DNA of 64,000 nucleotides from Acidobacteriota bacterium (GTDB taxonomy: Bacteria > Acidobacteriota > UBA6911 > RPQK01 > JAJDTT01): NCBI GenBank assembly GCA_965209055.1, contig OZ242374.1, positions 640,001-704,000 of the forward strand, in the 5' to 3' direction. Within the stretch, counting starts at the first letter, position 1; the number at the start of each line of letters is the position of its first letter. This document shows, in pieces, positions 58,385 to 64,000 of this stretch. Made by a program: the position numbers and the translations under genes. The notes under the pieces were generated by a model, which saw only the letters and a list, made by a program, of their open reading frames with translations, was not told where the DNA came from and did no database searches.

Positions 58385-60124
58385 TCACTCGCAGATTTGC
58401 CCGCTTCCCCTCTGGAGCGTGACGTATCGATCGGCTTCTAGTCCGCTCCAACCTTCACACAGGCCGTCGGGCCAATGGACCTCCACCCGGTCCACGTCCT
58501 TCGATGAACCCAACCCGAAGAGGATTCGGCTGTCGTTGGCGCTGAGATAGCTCCCGTCGGCGTGGCAGCGGCGCCATAGAGGCTTGCGGCCCTCCCGGAA
58601 CAACGCGACTCGGGCCTGATTGACCGCCGACGGAGTGCCCCCCTCTCCAACCAGCCGGACGCCCAGCCAATGATTGCGGGAGCCGATCTGGTTGAGCAGA
58701 AGGCGGGCCGGCCCGTTGTTGTTGGAAACGGCAATGTCCACGTCCCCGTCGTTGTCGATGTCGCCGAAAGCGGCACCCCTGCTGACTTCCACAAGGTCCA
58801 GTGCCGGGCCCGCGACGTCGGATCCGACCTCCCGTGACCGGCCGGTACCGTCACCCCTGAAGAGCAGGTTCTCCTGCGCGTACGGGTAGGCTGAATCGGC
58901 CGGCTGACGATCATCCATGACCACGGCTCCGTTGGCCACGAAGAGGTCCAGCCACCCGTCGTTGTCGTAGTCGAACCAGAGCGTGCCGAATCCGGAATAG
59001 GGGACGCTCGGATTGGCCAGCCCGAAGCGGGAAGTGACGTCCGCGAATCCCGTCCGCCGTCCATTCAGATAGAGGGTGTTGGTCTCCTTCTTGTTGTGGG
59101 TCACGAAGAGGTCGTCGTCCCCGTCGCCGTCGAAATCGGCGGCCGTGACGCCCATGCCCGCCTCGGCCATGCCGTCGATGTTGTACGCGGTTCCGGACAC
59201 CAGGCCCTGGTCCAGGAAGGTCCCGTCCCCCTGGTTGATCCACAACTGATTGGGGGTCCCGTCGTTGGCGACGTAGACGTCCACGCGGCGATCGAGATCC
59301 AGATCGACGGCCACGACCCCGAGACCGGCTCCGAAGGCCCGGCCCAGACCGGCCTCCTCCGACCGGTCGGTGAATCTTCCGTCGCCTTCGTTGCGAAAGA
59401 GTCGGTCGGGCAACGGCTGATAGACATCGGGTGCGCAGTAGTCCCGGCGCTCCCCGCCGCATCTGCGGTTCCCCTGGATGGTGAAGGAGACGTAGTTGGC
59501 GACGTAAAGGTCCAGATCGCCGTCGCCGTCGTAGTCCAAAAAGGTGCTGCTGGCGCTGTACCGGGGATCGTCAACTCCCGCGTCACGGGTCACATCGGTG
59601 AAGGCCCCGTCGCCGCCGTTGCGGTACAGAACGTTGGAGCCGAAGTTGGTCAGGTAAAGGTCCAGGTGGCCGTCGTTGTCGTAGTCTCCCACGGCCATGC
59701 CCATGCCGTAGCCCGGATGTCCAACCCCGGCCTCACGGGTGACGTCGGTGAACCGGAGCTTCCCAGTCGGAATCAGTTCATTGCGGAACAGCCGGTTCCG
59801 TGGCGGCCCCTCTCCATAAAAGGGGAACGACGATTGGGACACCTCCTTCGATCGGTCCAACATCGCTCCCTGGACGAAATAGAGGTCCAGGTCCCCGTCG
59901 CCGTCATAGTCGAACATCCCCACTCCCGATCCCATGATCTCGGGGAAGAAATACTCGCCTGTCGCTCCAATGAAATGGCGAAAGTCCAGACCTGTCTCCC
60001 GCGCGGCTTCCCGAAAGACAGGTGGACCGGAAGCGGAAACGACACGGGAGAGAAGACAGAAACCCAGGACCGAAGCGATGACCGATCGACGTGCGAGAGC
60101 GGACGGCGGCTTCCTAGTTTCCAT
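58385..60124 (-). CDS. CRTAC1 / ASPIC-UnbV family FG-GAP repeat protein
   Basis: DYDGDGDLDL repeats, AEAGMG, SRGAAFGDIDNDGD, GSYLSAND…FGLG…WPDG; start at METRKPP overlapping upstream TPR gene. Confidence 0.9.
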   Translation of the reverse strand: METRKPPSALARRSVIASVLGFCLLSRVVSASGPPVFREAARETGLDFRHFIGATGEYFFPEIMGSGVGMFDYDGDGDLDLYFVQGAMLDRSKEVSQSSFPFYGEGPPRNRLFRNELIPTGKLRFTDVTREAGVGHPGYGMGMAVGDYDNDGHLDLYLTNFGSNVLYRNGGDGAFTDVTRDAGVDDPRYSASSTFLDYDGDGDLDLYVANYVSFTIQGNRRCGGERRDYCAPDVYQPLPDRLFRNEGDGRFTDRSEEAGLGRAFGAGLGVVAVDLDLDRRVDVYVANDGTPNQLWINQGDGTFLDQGLVSGTAYNIDGMAEAGMGVTAADFDGDGDDDLFVTHNKKETNTLYLNGRRTGFADVTSRFGLANPSVPYSGFGTLWFDYDNDGWLDLFVANGAVVMDDRQPADSAYPYAQENLLFRGDGTGRSREVGSDVAGPALDLVEVSRGAAFGDIDNDGDVDIAVSNNNGPARLLLNQIGSRNHWLGVRLVGEGGTPSAVNQARVALFREGRKPLWRRCHADGSYLSANDSRILFGLGSSKDVDRVEVHWPDGLCEGWSGLEADRYVTLQRGSGQICE

Positions 60125-61565
60125 GCGAATTGGCCGCTTTTTCGAGTTCGGTGAGCAGGCTCTCGATGTCGCGCGCCATTCCGGCCTGTTCCGGAGCCAC
60201 CGCATTCCGTTTCGCCGTCAGAGCATAGCGCTTGGCCTTCTCCAGCTCACCCAATTGAGCATAGGCCAGAGCCAACGTGAAGACGTGCAGGGGTTTGCCG
60301 TCGCCTTCCCCGTCAACCGCCTTGTGAAGATGCCGGACGGCTTCTTCATACCTTCCCTGGGTCAGCAGCAGACGCCCCAGGTTGAAATGCGGCAGAGGAA
60401 AATTGGGTTGGTGCCGGATGGCGAGGCGCATGTGCTTCTCCGCCTCGGTGCTTCTCCCCAACTGAGCCAACAGGTGCCCCAGGTTGCTGTGGCTGTCGGC
60501 GTGAAACGGATTGATTTCCACGGCCTTGCGAAGTGCGGCAATGGCCTCGCCTGTGCGCCCCCGCCACCCCAGGTAGGTGCCGAAATTGTAGTGCGTCTTG
60601 TACAGGCCAGGATCGCCGGCGACAGCCGAACGATAGTGTTCCTCCACCTTGGCGGGGTTTCGGAGAGCGATGTACAGAGAGACCAGATTGGCGTGTGCGA
60701 TGGAGTGGCCGGGCTCCAGCTTCAGCACTTTCTCGAAGGCGCCGGCCGCCTCCTTGTAATTCCGTTCCTCTCTGAAAACAAAGCCTTCCCGAAGAAAGTG
60801 TCCGGCACGGGATTCCAGGGCTTGGACCGCGTCGAGCAGGGGGTCCTCCACCGGCGGCTGTTGCGCCGGATGGCGCTGGAATTGGGAGAGATGCTCCTGC
60901 ATTTTGTCCAGATTGCCCAGGCTCCGGTGCGCCAGCGCCAATGCGTAGTGGGCGGCGCCGTAACTGGGGAACCGGTCGACGGCTTTTTGGTAGTTCTCGA
61001 CGGCTTCGGAAACCTCTCCCGCTTCCCAGGAGATCCGGCCCAGACCGGCCCAGGCCGAAGCGGACCCGGGGTGGTCCGTGACGATCCGGAGGTACAGTGC
61101 CCGGCTTTCCTCCAACTCTCCCAGTTTCCGTAGCGCCTCGGCCAGCGTCAGACGTGCAGGCAGATAGTCCGGTTTGAGCTGAACCGCCAGTCGCAACGAC
61201 GACGACGCTTCGGCCGGTTTTCCCAAGCGTCCCTGAATGATCCCGAGACAGTAGGCCCACGAAAACGAGCCGGGGTCCAGAATGCGGGCCCGCAGGTAGA
61301 AAGGTTCCGCGAATTCGTAACGTTGATGAGCATGCAGCAGCATGCCCATCCTGCCGTTGGCTTCCGCATCCCTGGGATGCAGACGGACCCGCTCGCCGGC
61401 GTCCCGGATCTGCGTTCGGCTGGGTGCATCGAACTCATGGATCCGAGGAGCCAAGTCGGGAATGGGAGGCAACGGGTCGGTCTGCGCCGGAAGCAAGGGC
61501 GCAATCAGGGTGGTGAGCAGGAGAGCAACAAGAACCATGCGAACTGAAGACTGTTCCTCGACCAT
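60114..61565 (-). CDS. Exported TPR repeat protein
   Basis: Signal peptide and ~10 TPR units; overlaps the CRTAC1 start. Confidence 0.85.
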   Translation of the reverse strand: MVEEQSSVRMVLVALLLTTLIAPLLPAQTDPLPPIPDLAPRIHEFDAPSRTQIRDAGERVRLHPRDAEANGRMGMLLHAHQRYEFAEPFYLRARILDPGSFSWAYCLGIIQGRLGKPAEASSSLRLAVQLKPDYLPARLTLAEALRKLGELEESRALYLRIVTDHPGSASAWAGLGRISWEAGEVSEAVENYQKAVDRFPSYGAAHYALALAHRSLGNLDKMQEHLSQFQRHPAQQPPVEDPLLDAVQALESRAGHFLREGFVFREERNYKEAAGAFEKVLKLEPGHSIAHANLVSLYIALRNPAKVEEHYRSAVAGDPGLYKTHYNFGTYLGWRGRTGEAIAALRKAVEINPFHADSHSNLGHLLAQLGRSTEAEKHMRLAIRHQPNFPLPHFNLGRLLLTQGRYEEAVRHLHKAVDGEGDGKPLHVFTLALAYAQLGELEKAKRYALTAKRNAVAPEQAGMARDIESLLTELEKAANSHGN

Positions 61566-61612
61566 CTTCTGTGGCGCGGACTTCTGACCACAAACGATGG
61601 CTCAGCGAGCCT

Positions 61613-62356
61613 TCAAGTGACGAGTGGCCGGAATTCCGGACCGCTCATGGGTTCATGCTGATCCCAACTGCCACGCATCTCGATCAATACGCGCTGTTTC
61701 GAAGGCGCGGGCTGGGGATTCACCAAGACTACTTGAGCGGCGTATTTGGGAGACTCAGCCATCGCTTGGACCAGATCCGCCACGAGGTAACGAGGCGCCC
61801 ACCCGACCATATGGTAATCCGTCGTCTGAATCTGCACGGCCATTGTCGACACCGGATTAGTCAGCTCCAATGTGACGTACAATTCTTCGCCCGTGGCCAA
61901 TTGATCGATCCGCGCTTGCGCCGACGCATTGACGTGCCGCCACCCGTGCAGAAAGAATCGGCAGGTGAAGCTGCCGTCGGCGCGCTTCACGAGTTTCGGG
62001 AAGACTTCGTAAGTGTCCGTCATGCGGCTGCCGCCGTTCGCTGCCAAAATCTCGACGGGGTCCGCCATGGGAGGAAGATCGAGACTGCGCAGATAGTCGG
62101 TAAAATCCGGCCTCCTCCGATTCATCACCCGGTTCTGGAACACGGGGAAAAGCCTCGGAGATCGATAATCCGCCTTCAACTCGGGAAATTCGATCAACAA
62201 CGGAAATCCCGCAGTCTCTTTCGCCTGTTCGGCACCGCCAATGTAACGGAAGCGATACTGCGGGCGTTCGACGTCGGCGTCCAGACGACCGATGGGAAAC
62301 CACCGCCGACTCCGCGCTTTGTCCTGCCAAGCCAGATACAAGGTCCGTTCACTCAT
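61613..62356 (-). CDS. HIRAN domain protein with HipA-N-like N-terminus
   Basis: LYLAWQD…WFPIGRL…YRFRY…LFPVFQNRVMNRRRPDF…TDTYEVFP; HIRAN FFLHGWRH…NPVSTMAVQI…VGWAPRYL. Confidence 0.85.
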   Translation of the reverse strand: MSERTLYLAWQDKARSRRWFPIGRLDADVERPQYRFRYIGGAEQAKETAGFPLLIEFPELKADYRSPRLFPVFQNRVMNRRRPDFTDYLRSLDLPPMADPVEILAANGGSRMTDTYEVFPKLVKRADGSFTCRFFLHGWRHVNASAQARIDQLATGEELYVTLELTNPVSTMAVQIQTTDYHMVGWAPRYLVADLVQAMAESPKYAAQVVLVNPQPAPSKQRVLIEMRGSWDQHEPMSGPEFRPLVT

Positions 62357-62436
62357 CTGAAAATCGCCGACAATTGTTCGATATTGTAGCGCATCAACTC
62401 AATCGCGAATTCTCGGGCTGTCGGCGACATCCAATC
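62353..62436 (-). pseudogene. C-terminal remnant of a HipA-like kinase
   Basis: Reads DWMSPTAREFAIELMRYNIEQLSAIFR* with its TGA overlapping the HIRAN ATG (ATGA); no room upstream for the rest of the gene. Confidence 0.65.
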
Positions 62437-62498
62437 AAAAACATGGTCCTCGACCACGGCATGCTCCGAGTCCGATCGGTCCTTGATCGCCGGCGGCG

Positions 62499-63413
62499 TC
62501 AAGGCTGCGCCTGACCACCGACAGACTGCGGACCCTCCCGCTGGCTCCGGTAGATCCGGTCCAGCCGCAGGAATTCGCCCCGTGCCCGTTCCGCTTCCGC
62601 TTTGCGGCCGGCCCTCGCGTAGGCCCGGGACAGAGCGAAGTGCATCTCGGGGTCCTCGGGTTTCAGTTGGACTCCGACTTCCAATTCCTGGACGGCTCGT
62701 TCGACCTGTCCCGTCTCCAGAAGAACCCGGCCCAGGACCTTTCTGGATGTGAAGAAGTTCGGCATCAGCCCGTGGGCCCTTTCCGCCAGAGGCAGAGCCT
62801 CCTGGTACATGCCCTGACGCAGGTATTCCATGGCGATCTGGAGGAGACTCGGCACATGATCGGGATCCTTCTTCAACTCCTGCTGGAACTGCTGGACCGC
62901 AACCTCCGGCTTGCTTCCCATCAGGAACGCCCCATAGGCATAGTGCACGTTGGGTTCGCCCGGAAAACGGGAAACGAGATCCTGATAGGCTCGATCGGCG
63001 CTTTCTGCTCGCCGGGCCGCCGTCTCGTAAGCGGCCCGTCCCGCCAGCATGACGAGTTCGCGTTTGGCCGGCGGATACTCGGAAGGCAGGTACCGCATCC
63101 GCAGGATGGACAGCCCCAGGGCCTCGACCACCTTCGGACTGGTGTTGTTCTGATAGACAAACTGCTGCAACGCCTCGTAGGCCGATTCGAATTGCTCCAT
63201 CCGGGTCATCAGGATGGCGCTGTGGAAGCGCACGACTGCCGCGATCTTGTTGATATCGGTGCCGACGATGCGCCCGATGGCAGTGAGATCGTCGGGCTCT
63301 TCGGCAGCCGTCTGTCCGAACGATTTCGAACCGGCTACGGCCAACAACAACACCAGAAGGGCCGCGGCACCGGGTCTCCTACAACTTGGAGCTCCTGTCA
63401 CTGTCCGGTTCAT
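62499..63413 (-). CDS. Exported TPR repeat protein (possibly internally shortened)
   Basis: Signal peptide, EALGLSILRMRYLP, PNVHYAYG, MHFALSRAYARAGR. Confidence 0.8.
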   Translation of the reverse strand: MNRTVTGAPSCRRPGAAALLVLLLAVAGSKSFGQTAAEEPDDLTAIGRIVGTDINKIAAVVRFHSAILMTRMEQFESAYEALQQFVYQNNTSPKVVEALGLSILRMRYLPSEYPPAKRELVMLAGRAAYETAARRAESADRAYQDLVSRFPGEPNVHYAYGAFLMGSKPEVAVQQFQQELKKDPDHVPSLLQIAMEYLRQGMYQEALPLAERAHGLMPNFFTSRKVLGRVLLETGQVERAVQELEVGVQLKPEDPEMHFALSRAYARAGRKAEAERARGEFLRLDRIYRSQREGPQSVGGQAQP

Positions 63414-63580
63414 CAGAAGAAGATCGAAATAGAAGGGAAGACACGGTTCGCGCTCAAGTTAGCAAGCATCCCCATGCAGGACAAGTCGGGCTGCGAAGCC
63501 GGATTTCGAGTCAGGTTGTGCCGGGACCGGCGAGCCCATACACTGAACCCCAACGTTCACTTCCTTTCCCCGGAGGAAAC

Positions 63581-64000
63581 ATGGCTTCACTGATTCGCCG
63601 CATCCCCACCATTACCCTGCTTCTGACTGTCGCCGCCTGCGCGCCGCCGGAAACCGCTCAGGAAGACCAGGCTCTCGATCCCCAGCGGTTGGTCCTCAAG
63701 GTCGACAAGGAGGTCAGCATCATCGAGCCCGGCCATGAGACCGGCCTGGCCCACGAAATGGTGGGAATGGTCCGCCATCCCGATGGGACCATCTACGTGA
63801 ACACCATGACCCAGGGAACGGGTGAGGCCCTGGGATATTTCAAGAGCACCGATCAGGGCGAGACCTGGGAGCCGGTGCGGCTGAACATCTCTGACGCTCC
63901 GCCCGGCCAACGTCTGATCGGTTCGGGAGTCACTCGTGACGGACGCCTCTGGCTCCTGCATCAGAGCACCCCGAAGGAGCTATTCGTCTCCTGGTCCGCC
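63581..64000 (+). CDS. BNR/Asp-box (sialidase-like) lipoprotein, 5' part, truncated by window end
   Basis: SD GGAGG, MASLIRRIPTITLLLTVAAC lipobox, Asp box KSTDQGETW; open to the end of the window. Confidence 0.78.
   Translation, partial: MASLIRRIPTITLLLTVAACAPPETAQEDQALDPQRLVLKVDKEVSIIEPGHETGLAHEMVGMVRHPDGTIYVNTMTQGTGEALGYFKSTDQGETWEPVRLNISDAPPGQRLIGSGVTRDGRLWLLHQSTPKELFVSWSA

Noticed and set aside
63587-63961. 124-aa minus-strand ORF
   Set aside because: Antisense to the plus-strand Asp-box lipoprotein, which has SD, lipobox and BNR motif.

Overview
High-GC bacterial DNA with an Acidobacteriota-like gene repertoire (Oar-type TonB-dependent receptor, GWxTD protein, CRTAC1/ASPIC-UnbV proteins, DUF1501/PSD1 modules, many TPR proteins). 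About 44 real CDS (one cut by the window end), a tRNA-Leu(CAA), and two toxin-gene remnants; most other long ORFs in the track are antisense shadows. From left to right: a MORN-like repeat protein; carD; a ~15 kb MoxR/DUF58/vWA/DUF4159/DUF4175-type operon with a caspase-fold protein, a TPR-zincin and a coupled Tat sialidase-like gene; cinA with a degenerate C-terminal domain; a fitA-like antitoxin whose PIN toxin is truncated to 20 codons; tRNA-Leu; a TonB receptor; a locus with a PA2779-like precursor-type protein, a GWxTD protein, a TPR-POTRA-Omp85-like barrel and an exported C39 peptidase (my best candidate for an undescribed envelope processing/export system); two divergent DUF1501/PSD1-cytochrome modules; a 7-heme cytochrome-TPR fusion; a sulfatase/oxidoreductase region; a 4-gene dehydrogenase-epimerase-aldolase-dioxygenase operon; convergent CRTAC1 genes; and a HIRAN gene preceded by only the last ~28 codons of a HipA-like kinase. 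A GGAG-footed REP-like palindrome family with covarying stems occurs at nine sites, almost all intergenic. All family calls come from motif recognition by eye, not from database searches.
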